Of a DNA stretch of 64,000 nucleotides, positions 43,839-53,519 are shown one piece after another. The notes below the pieces were generated by a model. It made no database searches. It saw only the letters and a list, made by a program, of their open reading frames with translations, and had not been told where the DNA came from. Both the position numbers and the translations under genes were made by a program. This DNA is from a bacterium (lineage in GTDB: Bacteria; Electryoneota; Electryoneia; Electryoneales; Electryoneaceae): contig CAXXKJ010000001.1 of NCBI GenBank assembly GCA_963675295.2, forward strand, positions 1 to 64,000, written 5' to 3'. Numbering within the stretch: the stretch's first letter is position 1; the number at the start of each line of letters is the position of its first letter.

Positions 43839-45155
43839 ATGAAACACGCTACCCGTTGGTTTCTGATGGTTGTCTTGCTGTCCGCGTTCGCCGCTACCGG
43901 CGCGCTGGCAAACGAACACGCAATTAACGGTGTCCCTTCGGACGAACCTATCATCGACAGCATCCCCTATGACGGCTATGACGAGGACCGGGATAACATC
44001 ATTGATGTTGAATTCGTCGACTTTGACGACATGGCCGCCCCCTGCTTCTTCTCAGATCAAGTTCCGCTGAGCAATGAATACGCCACGCAGGGTATCATCT
44101 TCAGCGGCCTCGGCGAAGTGCTGGATGAATGCGGAAACTTCGGCATCAGCAACTACTCATCGCCAAATTTCCTGGCGTTCAACACCGGCGGTGGAGTAAG
44201 TGGTCCGGAAGATCTGTTGTTTAACACGCCCATCAACAGCTTCTCGCTCTATGCAGGGCACAGCAGCGCAGGCACCATCTCGATGCGGGCCTACAACGCG
44301 GCCAACGTGTTGATTGACAGTGATGCTATCTCGGGCACGTCGAACCTGGCGCAAATGTCGGTAAGTGCCCCGGGAATTGTCCGCATTCATTTATCGTTCA
44401 GCGGCAGCATTGCCTGCTTTGACGACCTGATGTGGGATGATACCCCGCAGACCCCGCTCATCCTTGAGCTGACCCCATTCACCTCGTCCGTGCCCGCCAG
44501 TGGTGGCAATGTGCAGTACCTGGCTGAGGTGACGAACTTCACCAACTCGCCGATCACGCTGGATGCGTGGATCCAGATTGAACATGTCATGTCCGGCAAC
44601 ACCGTCGAAACCCGCTTCTGGCCGAACCGGACCTACCCGCCGAACGCGACGTCCAGCGCGATCCTGAATCAGTATATCCCAGCCATCGCGCCGGGTGGAT
44701 CGTACAACCTGATCGGTATCCTCGGAAATCACCCGTGGGCGCCGATGTACTGGGATATGTTCCCGTTCGTCAAGACCGGGCCGTCAACGGATGGCATGCA
44801 GGCATTCGAACAACCGGAACTGTGGCCGTCAACCGGCAGCTTTGCCGTAGAAGAAACTTTCGCCGTGACTGCTGAAGGCGAATCACTGCCGCAGGAATTT
44901 GCGCTCGGCGCGGCCTACCCGAACCCCTTCAACCCGAGCACCACGCTGTCCGTCAACCTCCCCGAAACGGCGGAGCTGACCGTCGCGGTTTACAATGTGG
45001 TCGGGCAGCAGGTCGCTGAGCTGGCGCACGGTACCTTCAACGCCGGGTCGCACATGTTGACCTTTGATGCGTCGAATCTGTCCGGCGGTGTCTACTTCGT
45101 GCACGCCTCCGCGAACGGTTGGAACGCGGTCCAGAAGGTTGTGCTGATGAAGTAA
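43839..45155 (+). CDS. Secreted protein with unknown beta-rich passenger, shared Ig-like module and CTD
   Basis: Signal peptide; FDD...Y...GI.FS domain; AYPNPFN. Confidence 0.78.
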   Translation: MKHATRWFLMVVLLSAFAATGALANEHAINGVPSDEPIIDSIPYDGYDEDRDNIIDVEFVDFDDMAAPCFFSDQVPLSNEYATQGIIFSGLGEVLDECGNFGISNYSSPNFLAFNTGGGVSGPEDLLFNTPINSFSLYAGHSSAGTISMRAYNAANVLIDSDAISGTSNLAQMSVSAPGIVRIHLSFSGSIACFDDLMWDDTPQTPLILELTPFTSSVPASGGNVQYLAEVTNFTNSPITLDAWIQIEHVMSGNTVETRFWPNRTYPPNATSSAILNQYIPAIAPGGSYNLIGILGNHPWAPMYWDMFPFVKTGPSTDGMQAFEQPELWPSTGSFAVEETFAVTAEGESLPQEFALGAAYPNPFNPSTTLSVNLPETAELTVAVYNVVGQQVAELAHGTFNAGSHMLTFDASNLSGGVYFVHASANGWNAVQKVVLMK

Positions 45156-45274
45156 TCTCAGTCCTGAATCTTGAGACCGGAGTCCTGAATGTTGAGACCA
45201 GGACGTAAGACTTGAGACGTGAGATGTGAGATAAACCTGTACCGGGGACACTTACTCCGTTAAGTGTCCCCGGT
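45156..45274. repeat. Heptamer array followed by REP family A copy 3
   Basis: TGAGACG/TGAGATG-like units, then ACCGGGGACACTTA...TAAGTGTCCCCGGT. Confidence 0.75.
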
Positions 45275-45447
45275 TTGATCTCCTCCGCTCCCCAGCGATC
45301 CTAATACGCGACACCCTGCCTCCCGAGTGACCAAAAACACAAATCTTGCCCCGTCGATTTGCTTTCTTGTTCGGGTTGCCTAACTTTGCACGCGAGTACA
45401 CGAACCCAGCTACACGCGATCAATCTCACGGGGATGGAGACACGATC

Positions 45448-47310
45448 ATGAAAAACCTGATGCTGTTTACACTTTTACTGCTGATCACTGGAGCTGCCCA
45501 TGCGCAGCCGATGGTGGAATGGTCCACCGTGGCGGTCGATACCTATGACGAACACCTGTACGGCTGCGTTGATCACGTCGACAACGGCGTCATCGCGGTC
45601 GGCAATTCGGTTGAGCTGCCGGGATTCAACTTCCGGGGCGTCTTCACGCGTTTCGCAGATGACGGCACGCTGCTGTGGCAGAACCAATATGAACAGGTCG
45701 ATTTCTATTTCGACTTCCGTGATGTCTGCGCCGTTCACGGCAGCACCACGGAATTCCTCGCCGTTGGCTACGCGACCGACTTGAACGCCGGCGAAAGCGA
45801 CTTTTTCCTGCTGCATTTTGATGACGCGGGCAATGTGCTCAGCACCGCCAGTTGGGACGAAGGCACGAACGACCAGGCGTACAGCATCGAGCAGGTTCCG
45901 GCGGGCGGCTACATTGTCGGCGGCTATTCCGATATTTCCGGCTACCTGTTCTACCTCGACAACGCACTCAACCAGCAGTGGACCTCCGCCATCGCGCCAA
46001 CCGGCGTGACGTCGAATTCGCTGAACCAGGTCCGTCCCTTGAGCTGCGGCGGCTTCATCTGCGCCGGGTCCGCGTTTGACGGCACCTACGCACAGCAATG
46101 GGTCGTCCGCACCGATCCGTACGGTCACCCAATGTGGACGTGGATCAACAGCACGACCAACGTCGGATTCGCCGAGGATGTGATCGAAACCGCCTACGGC
46201 GATTACGTGGTCACCGGCGCCGAATACAACAGCGGCGTGACCAACTACGACACCTGGACCGCACGAATCAGCGAGGCCGGTTCGCTGGTCTGGGAGACCA
46301 TTGACGGCGGCATCGCGCAGCAGGACTTCAACACGTGGATCATGCCCGGACCGGGCAGCGGATACTATATCGGCGGGTACGCCCAGAACGCCGGTGCCGG
46401 CGACTACGACCAGCACCTGCAGCAGTTTAACGAAACTGGTACCATCGTCAATTCGTGGTTCATCTCCGAGGCCGGCGATCAGCTGATTTTTGATGCCTGC
46501 ATGGTGGACAACGGCGAATACATCGCGGTCGGCGACCAGGACGAGACCGACAGCTACGCGGTCAAATTGACTTTGCCCGCCGCGACATTCAGCGTGTTCG
46601 TTGACCCGGCCGCTCCGCCGGTGGTCATCCCGCCGGGCGGCGGATCGTTCGCGTTCGACGTGGGCGGTACCAACACCTCGGGCACTCCGTTCCTCACCGA
46701 CGCCTGGATCAAGGTGTCGCACACCCCGACGATGAACTCAGTCGAAACGCATGTCTTCACCAATGTCGGCATCCCCGGCAGTGGCACGGTGTCCACAACG
46801 CTGATCCAGAACATTCCGGCGTTCGCACCGCCGGGAGATTACGTGATGACGCTGCATGCCGGGAACTACCCGTGGGTGATCCAGGCGTACGATTCGATGA
46901 CTTTCAGCAAGAGTTTCGTGACTTCCGCGATGGCGGCCGATCCCGACTTCGATCCGTCCATCTTTGACCGGGCCGAACTGTGGCCGGTCAGCGGCAGTTT
47001 CGACGGCGTAGAAACGAGTGTGATGGCGAACGACACGTCGCTCCCATCCGAGTTCAGCCTCGGTGCGGCGTACCCGAACCCGTTCAACCCGAGCACGACG
47101 CTGTCCGTCAACCTTCCGGAAACGGCAGAGCTGACCGTCGCGGTGTACAACGTCACCGGCCAACAGGTTGCCGAGCTGGCGCACGGATCGTATGCCGCCG
47201 GGTCGCACACGCTGACCTTTGACGCTTCCCACCTGTCCGGTGGGGTGTATTTTGTCCGCGCACTCAGCGGAAACCAGCACGTGGTACAAAAAGTCTTGTT
47301 ACTGAAATAA
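45448..47310 (+). CDS. Secreted beta-propeller protein with shared Ig-like module and CTD
   Basis: Signal peptide; GGY.V.G repeats; AYPNPFN. Confidence 0.82.
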   Translation: MKNLMLFTLLLLITGAAHAQPMVEWSTVAVDTYDEHLYGCVDHVDNGVIAVGNSVELPGFNFRGVFTRFADDGTLLWQNQYEQVDFYFDFRDVCAVHGSTTEFLAVGYATDLNAGESDFFLLHFDDAGNVLSTASWDEGTNDQAYSIEQVPAGGYIVGGYSDISGYLFYLDNALNQQWTSAIAPTGVTSNSLNQVRPLSCGGFICAGSAFDGTYAQQWVVRTDPYGHPMWTWINSTTNVGFAEDVIETAYGDYVVTGAEYNSGVTNYDTWTARISEAGSLVWETIDGGIAQQDFNTWIMPGPGSGYYIGGYAQNAGAGDYDQHLQQFNETGTIVNSWFISEAGDQLIFDACMVDNGEYIAVGDQDETDSYAVKLTLPAATFSVFVDPAAPPVVIPPGGGSFAFDVGGTNTSGTPFLTDAWIKVSHTPTMNSVETHVFTNVGIPGSGTVSTTLIQNIPAFAPPGDYVMTLHAGNYPWVIQAYDSMTFSKSFVTSAMAADPDFDPSIFDRAELWPVSGSFDGVETSVMANDTSLPSEFSLGAAYPNPFNPSTTLSVNLPETAELTVAVYNVTGQQVAELAHGSYAAGSHTLTFDASHLSGGVYFVRALSGNQHVVQKVLLLK

Positions 47311-47649
47311 CCTCTCCCGTATTCGCGTAACTGCAACAGCCACAGCCATTTGCTGTGGCTGTCTTATTTCTGATTATTTCAGTAGTTATGGCGATAGAGT
47401 TGCATCACGGTTTATCGCTGTGTAAACTCATTGTTAACCTGCAGACTTCTTGAGCTAACTACACGTTCTGTCCTTGTCGTTGCCTGTTCAATCTTCGGGG
47501 AACCCTTCGCGATTCGACATGAATACAGGATCCGTTTCACGACGGTCTTGTGTCCTGCTTTTCCCATGAATCGCCCTGTCTATCGCACCGCCCACCTGCA
47601 CTGTCTGCGGGGCATTCAGGTTTTCATGGTAACAGAGGAGGAATAGACC

Positions 47650-49464
47650 ATGAAACACGCTTCATGTATCGCGATTCTGATCATCGCGCTGCTGGCAACT
47701 GCATCAGTGCCCGCGCTCGCCGAAGTCGAATTTACCGAACATGTCGTGGATGACGACTTTGCGGGCGCTCAGGACGTGTGCGCCGCCGACATGGACTTCG
47801 ACGACGACGTCGATTTTATCGCCTGCGGGTATTTCAGCAATCAGGTGGTCTGGTACGAATGCACGGCACCAAACACTTGGGATCCCCACATCGTTGACTA
47901 CAATTGTGAAGGAGCGTGGTGCGTCGTCCCGGTCGATCTGGATCAGGACGGTGACATGGATTTGATGTCGGCAGCATTTCTGGGTGATGAAGTATGCTGG
48001 TATGAAAACGATGGCAACATGAACTTCACCGAGCACTTTATCACGTACTCTGATGGGCCAGAATCCATCCAGCCGGTCGATCTGGATCAGGACGGTGATC
48101 TGGATGTCGTCGTCGCGGATTACTTTGGCGATGCTGTGAGATGGGTAGAAAATGATGGGGCTACGAATTGGACCCTCCATCTTGTGTCTGGAGTGGTCGA
48201 CGGCGCCTGTTTTATCTTCCCGGTTGACCTCGATGAGGATGGAGATGTCGACATTATGGCCGCCGCTCGTCACGGGCACACCATGATCTGGTTTGAGAAC
48301 GACGGCAATCAATCCTTTGCACAATACACCATCGCTGGATATTACTCCGGTGCACGCTGCATCTGGCCTGTGGACATGGATGACGACGGCGATTTGGACG
48401 CACTCTGCGCGGCGGGGGATGGCGGCACCGTCGACTGGTTTGAACACACTCCTCAGATGGATTGGCCTCAGCATCAAATTGAGAATTCGCTGATGGGTGC
48501 GTGGTATGCCATGCCGGCGGATGTGGACAACGACGGCGACTGGGATGTGGTCGGATCAGGTTACATCGACAACCGGGTTGCCTGGTGGGAAAACGACGGG
48601 ACAGCGCTCGGATGGACCGAACACGTCGTCTCAAATTCGTTTAATGGTGCGCAGACTGTACGGGCCTGCGATGCCGATCAGGACGGATTAATCGATATTC
48701 TTGGCGCGGCGTATCTGAACAACGATATCATCTGGTGGGAACAGGTACAGAGTCCAATAGTTCTGGATCTTACGCCCGCGACAGAACCGGTGATCGTCCC
48801 ACGAGGCCAGGCCTTCGCCTACAATCTCATGATCGAGAGCTTTGTCGAAGTTCCGGTGACAGCATATTTCTGGACCTCAGCCGTTCTACCATCCGGAAAC
48901 ACCTTTGGACCGGTGTACAGCACGCAGATTCCGTTCACCCCGGGTTTGACGATCGTTGTTAACCAAATACAGCAAATGGTACCCAACTTCGCTCCATTGG
49001 GTGAATATCAATGGGTCGCGAACATTGGTCCGAATCCAAACCAGCCAGCCTACATTTCTGACTCCTTCCCCTTCACCGTTGTGGCGCCGACAGTGACGGG
49101 CATGAATTCCACGGCGACCGGCTGGGCCACAAACGGCAACGAGCGCATACTCGAGGCACTGAACGGATCACCGGTGGCAAGTGCGAAATCGTCCATTCCT
49201 GATGCGTTTTCCCTGTCATCCGCATGGCCGAACCCGTTCAACCCGAGCACGACGCTGACTCTTGACTTGCCCGAATCCGCCGAGCTGACGGTTGCGGTCT
49301 ACAACGTCACCGGCCAACAGGTCGCCGAGCTGGCGCACGGATCGTATGCCGCCGGGTCGCACACGCTGACCTTTGACGCCGCGAATCTTTCAGCCGGTGT
49401 GTACTTCGTCCGAGCGTCGGCTGGGCCGTGGAATGCGGTTCGGAAAATCGTGCTTTTGAAGTAG
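47650..49464 (+). CDS. Secreted FG-GAP protein with shared Ig-like module and CTD
   Basis: RBS GAGGAGG; 7 DLDQDGD.D repeats; AWPNPFN. Confidence 0.87.
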   Translation: MKHASCIAILIIALLATASVPALAEVEFTEHVVDDDFAGAQDVCAADMDFDDDVDFIACGYFSNQVVWYECTAPNTWDPHIVDYNCEGAWCVVPVDLDQDGDMDLMSAAFLGDEVCWYENDGNMNFTEHFITYSDGPESIQPVDLDQDGDLDVVVADYFGDAVRWVENDGATNWTLHLVSGVVDGACFIFPVDLDEDGDVDIMAAARHGHTMIWFENDGNQSFAQYTIAGYYSGARCIWPVDMDDDGDLDALCAAGDGGTVDWFEHTPQMDWPQHQIENSLMGAWYAMPADVDNDGDWDVVGSGYIDNRVAWWENDGTALGWTEHVVSNSFNGAQTVRACDADQDGLIDILGAAYLNNDIIWWEQVQSPIVLDLTPATEPVIVPRGQAFAYNLMIESFVEVPVTAYFWTSAVLPSGNTFGPVYSTQIPFTPGLTIVVNQIQQMVPNFAPLGEYQWVANIGPNPNQPAYISDSFPFTVVAPTVTGMNSTATGWATNGNERILEALNGSPVASAKSSIPDAFSLSSAWPNPFNPSTTLTLDLPESAELTVAVYNVTGQQVAELAHGSYAAGSHTLTFDAANLSAGVYFVRASAGPWNAVRKIVLLK

Positions 49465-49493
49465 GTCGGTACGCGTTTGCCGCGAAATTGTTA

Positions 49494-49532
49494 GCGGAGA
49501 CGGGTCCAATGGGCCTGTCTCCGTTGTTTTTT
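49494..49532 (+). terminator. Intrinsic terminator
   Basis: CGGAGACGGGTCC...GGGCCTGTCTCCG followed by TTGTTTTTT. Confidence 0.75.
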
Positions 49533-49715
49533 CAGGGTTTCAGCAGACTTCCCGCAATCTCTCCTCCCAGTCTGCGACCTCATCGAATCCTTGTAATTCG
49601 CTTGCATCTAGCAGACCATCATCCAACTTTCTCAGACTGTCGTGGACTGGCACCGCGACAGGCGCGCGGAACCCCCTCCGTGCGGGCTGAATTTCGGGAA
49701 ATGGGAGCAAAATTC

Positions 49716-51590
49716 ATGAGACGACCACTGGTCATGATCGTCGCAGCGATGCTGTTCGCGACGATCACAAACGCCGTGCCTCCTGTCGAAGACTGGGAAG
49801 CGTCCTGCGGCTACAATGATATCGAAGATGTGGTCCGTGGCATCACCGCCAGTGCGGACGGCGGATTCCTCGCCGTCGGCACCGCCGATGACAGCACCAA
49901 CGCGGACGCGTACTACCGATTCACGCAGGACGGCTTCGTGCCCTGGTTCCAGACTCCGGGCATGGATGATGTTGACCTTTACGATGTCACACAAGATCCC
50001 AACCAGGACAACACCTACTACGCCATCGGCACACGCCGGGACCCGCAGGACGTGTCGCTGATTCATTTCCACGATCAGAACGACGAATGGACCTGGCTCG
50101 ACGTGCATCATTACAACCTGCCCTCGGCGTATGGCCTGTCCGTTGACAACACGCCCGGCGGCGGGCTGGTGATGGGCGGTGAGGTGGATGGACGCGCGTT
50201 GCTGATGATCTCCGACGGCAACCTGGACGATCCGACCATCGTCGAAATCGACATGTACTACCGCCACCGGCTGTATGACGTGAAAGCGACCTCGGACGGA
50301 GGCTACATTGGCTGCGGCTTCGTTTTTCCGTCCTCACAGCATCCGAAAAGCCAGTTCTGGGTGGTGAAAACCGACGCCAACGGCGCCGTTCAATGGGATT
50401 ATGTCGCGGGTGGAAATGGCGCGGATACGCTGCGTTCCGTGGCCGAGGTGCCGAACGGCGACTTTATCGTTTGCGGCACACGCGAAAATTCACCCGGCAA
50501 CCCGAATTTCTGGACCACCCGGCTGACCGCGGACGGCGCTAATGTCTGGACCCGTGAATACGGCTCGTCCAGCGGCGAAGAGTACGGCTTCTGGGTCGAC
50601 AACGCCCCGGATGATGGCTTCTACCTCGGTGGGACCGCGATCAACTCCTACAGCAACGGTGCGGACGCATGGCTGGTGCTGCTCAACGAAAACGGGCTGC
50701 AGGTGTGGACCGACTACTACGGTGGCGAGAACGATCAGTTCGCGTACGCGTGGACTCTGCTCCCTGACAACAGCATTGCGGTCGCAGGCAACATGCCGGA
50801 TGGCGAGGATATGCAGGCATGGGCGGCGCACCTGATGATCCCGGAGAGCTTCGTCATTGCTATCGAGCCGGATGATCCGGACCTGATCATGCCGGTCGAA
50901 GGCGGAACCTTCGGCTACACCGTTTCCGCCGCCAACAACTCCACCGTCGGGATGATCAAGGACGCGTGGATCTCGATCATGCACCTCGATACCGGAAACG
51001 CGATCGAACTGCAGTATTTCGAGAGCGTCGGCTTTGCTCCACTCAACAGCGTCAGCGCGCACCTCAACCAGTACATGCCGGCCGTTGCGCCGCCGGGAAC
51101 CTACCGCATGTCGCTGTTCGTCGGCAATCACCCGTGGTACCCGCAGTACATCAACACCTTCGAGTTTGATAAGGAAACCCCGGTACGTACCGACATGAGC
51201 GTCTTCGACCATCCCGAGATGTGGCCGTCCACGGTCACCTACAGCGAGTTCGATGTCGGCGCGGACATGCTCGCCGGCTTCTCGCCGGGGGTGGATATGC
51301 TGGTCACGTCGGACGACGAGCTACCCGCCGAATTCGGCCTCGGGAACGCCTACCCGAACCCGTTTAACCCAACGACCACGCTGAATGTCACGCTGCCGGA
51401 ATCCGCCGAGCTGACCGTCACCGTGTACAACATCGCCGGACAGCAGGTCGCGACCCTCGCGGACGGCACCTTCCCGGCCGGAGCTCACGCGCTGACCTTC
51501 GACGGATCGACCCTGTCCAGCGGCGTCTACTTCATCATCGCAAACGCGAACAGCCAGCTCGCGACGCAGAAGGTCGTCCTGATGAAGTAA
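49716..51590 (+). CDS. Secreted beta-propeller protein with shared Ig-like module and CTD
   Basis: Signal peptide; TSDGGYI repeats; AYPNPFN. Confidence 0.82.
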   Translation: MRRPLVMIVAAMLFATITNAVPPVEDWEASCGYNDIEDVVRGITASADGGFLAVGTADDSTNADAYYRFTQDGFVPWFQTPGMDDVDLYDVTQDPNQDNTYYAIGTRRDPQDVSLIHFHDQNDEWTWLDVHHYNLPSAYGLSVDNTPGGGLVMGGEVDGRALLMISDGNLDDPTIVEIDMYYRHRLYDVKATSDGGYIGCGFVFPSSQHPKSQFWVVKTDANGAVQWDYVAGGNGADTLRSVAEVPNGDFIVCGTRENSPGNPNFWTTRLTADGANVWTREYGSSSGEEYGFWVDNAPDDGFYLGGTAINSYSNGADAWLVLLNENGLQVWTDYYGGENDQFAYAWTLLPDNSIAVAGNMPDGEDMQAWAAHLMIPESFVIAIEPDDPDLIMPVEGGTFGYTVSAANNSTVGMIKDAWISIMHLDTGNAIELQYFESVGFAPLNSVSAHLNQYMPAVAPPGTYRMSLFVGNHPWYPQYINTFEFDKETPVRTDMSVFDHPEMWPSTVTYSEFDVGADMLAGFSPGVDMLVTSDDELPAEFGLGNAYPNPFNPTTTLNVTLPESAELTVTVYNIAGQQVATLADGTFPAGAHALTFDGSTLSSGVYFIIANANSQLATQKVVLMK

Positions 51591-51711
51591 TGGCTTGATC
51601 AACCATCTCGGCATCCTGTAGAACCTCAACGGGCGGATCAGCATCCGCCCGTGTTTGCTCTGTAAGTTTTCAATGAACCCGTGAAGATCCATCTTCCGTC
51701 CAGGAGTCGGC

Positions 51712-53244
51712 ATGAAAACGACCGTCTGGATCACCGGCGACCAGCTCCGTCCCGATATCAGCGCGCTGCATGGCTGCGATCCCGACGAGACCGTGATCCT
51801 GATGGTGGAATCGGTCGAACGGTCCCGTCAGATTCCTTACCACAAGCAGAAGCTGACCCTGATCTGGTCGGCGATGCGCCGCTTTGCGGACGAGCTGCGC
51901 GAACAAGGGTGGACTGTCGACTATCACGCCGTGCTGGACGATTTCGCAGCCGGATTACGCAACCACCTGGAGACACACACTCCCGGACAGATCCGTTTGA
52001 TGGAGGGCGCGGAATACGGTGTTGCCGACCGGTTGGCCGAGCTGATCCGTTCCGTCACATCCACTCCGCCGGACATTTCCATCACCCCCAACTCCATGTT
52101 TCTGAGCGACAAGGAAACGTTCGCCGAGTGGGCTGCTTCGCGGAAAACCCTTGTCATGGAACATTTTTACCGTGACCTGCGACGCAAATATGACCTGCTG
52201 ATGGAGGACGGGAAACCTGCCGGCGGCCAGTGGAACTACGACAAATCAAACCGCAAGCCGCCGCCCCAAGATCACAGCTTTCCCGTGGAACCCGAGTTTC
52301 CGCCCGATGCCATCACCCGCGACGTGATGGACACAGTCGACAAGCTGTTCCCTGATCACTTTGGTAATGTGGACGGCTTCAACCTCCCGGTGACACGGGA
52401 CGACGCCGACCGTGCGCTGCGGATCTTCCTCGACGAACGGCTCGACTTGTTCGGCCCGCTGCAGGATGCGATGGTCGCCGGACAGCCGATGATGTACCAC
52501 AGCCAGCTGAGTCCGCTGCTCAACATCGGGCTGCTGGATCCGTTGACCGTCTGCCGCGAAGCGGAAAAACGCTACCGGGACGGGTCTGCCAGGCTCGAGT
52601 CGGTGGAAGGTTTCATCCGACAGGTGCTGGGGTGGCGGGAATTTGTCTACCAGGTTTATCACCATGCCATGCCCGGCTACACCGAACGCAACCAGCTCAA
52701 CGCGGACCTTCCCCTGCCCTCGTTTTACTGGGACGCCGAAACCGACATGCGCTGCGTGCACATTGCCGTCCGCGACTTGATCGAACGCGGAATCAACCAT
52801 CACATCCAACGCCTGATGGTGACCGGAAACTTCGCCCTGCTCGCCGGGATCGACCCGCATCAGGTGAACGAGTGGTATTGGCTCGCTTACACCGACGCCT
52901 ACCAGTGGGTGGTCAGCCCGAATGTGCTTGGCATGGCACTGTATGCGGACGGCGGTCTTGTCGCAACCAAGCCGTATGCCGCATCCGCCAACTACATCAA
53001 TCGCATGAGTGATTATTGCTCGCATTGCCAGTACGATCCGAAACAGATCACCGGAGAACAGGCCTGTCCGTTCAACGCCCTGTATTGGGATTTTCTCAAC
53101 CAGCACCGGGATACGTTCGCCGCCAACCACCGCATGGGCCTGATGCTGAAGAACCTCGACCGGAAATCACAAGCCGAACTTGATACGATCACATCTCATG
53201 CAGGCGGGATACGAGAACGGATCAGGACGGGGAAACGGTTGTAA
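51712..53244 (+). CDS. FeS-BCP cryptochrome/(6-4) photolyase (CryB/PhrB-like)
   Basis: GDQL, YHKQKL...SAMR.FA, GG.WNYD..NRK, HHIQRLM.TGN, Fe-S cysteines in MSDYCSHC.Y...ACPFN. Confidence 0.92.
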   Translation: MKTTVWITGDQLRPDISALHGCDPDETVILMVESVERSRQIPYHKQKLTLIWSAMRRFADELREQGWTVDYHAVLDDFAAGLRNHLETHTPGQIRLMEGAEYGVADRLAELIRSVTSTPPDISITPNSMFLSDKETFAEWAASRKTLVMEHFYRDLRRKYDLLMEDGKPAGGQWNYDKSNRKPPPQDHSFPVEPEFPPDAITRDVMDTVDKLFPDHFGNVDGFNLPVTRDDADRALRIFLDERLDLFGPLQDAMVAGQPMMYHSQLSPLLNIGLLDPLTVCREAEKRYRDGSARLESVEGFIRQVLGWREFVYQVYHHAMPGYTERNQLNADLPLPSFYWDAETDMRCVHIAVRDLIERGINHHIQRLMVTGNFALLAGIDPHQVNEWYWLAYTDAYQWVVSPNVLGMALYADGGLVATKPYAASANYINRMSDYCSHCQYDPKQITGEQACPFNALYWDFLNQHRDTFAANHRMGLMLKNLDRKSQAELDTITSHAGGIRERIRTGKRL

Positions 53245-53348
53245 CCAGGATTGACTGGAAAACACTCTAATGAAACCGTCAAGCCGAGATTAATCAAATG
53301 ACCCACGAACACCCGCGTTGTCGAGCCAACACGGGCAAGAGTCAGTAG

Positions 53349-53378
53349 GTCCGCGTCAGCAAGCTGACACGGGCACAT
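53349..53378. repeat. REP-like family B copy 2
   Basis: GTCCGCGTCAGCAAGCTGACACGGGCACAT, with a degenerate copy at 53313-53338. Confidence 0.75.
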
Positions 53379-53483
53379 AGTTCTTCCGCAGCCCGCAGCC
53401 CACCGATTACCGACAACCGAACACTGCCCCCCGTCTCCCCGGGAGTCCCGCGTCTTGCACCACCCACCCGGAAATAATTATCC

Positions 53484-53517
53484 TATTCCAGATCTTTTTA
53501 TCTTTTTCTCCGGAATA
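53484..53517. promoter_or_regulatory. Putative Rrf2 autoregulatory operator
   Basis: Inverted repeat TATTCCAGA-N16-TCCGGAATA ending 2 nt before the rrf2 ATG. Confidence 0.45.
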
Positions 53518-53519
53518 CC

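Noticed and set aside
47389-47404. Sigma-54-like TGGCGATAGAGTTGCA
   Set aside because: Spacing fits, but it is a single instance ~245 nt from the start and is not seen before other array genes.
20035-51590. Integron cassette array or diversity-generating retroelement
   Set aside because: No integrase, no repeated attC-like site between genes, no reverse transcriptase and no adenine-specific TR/VR pair.
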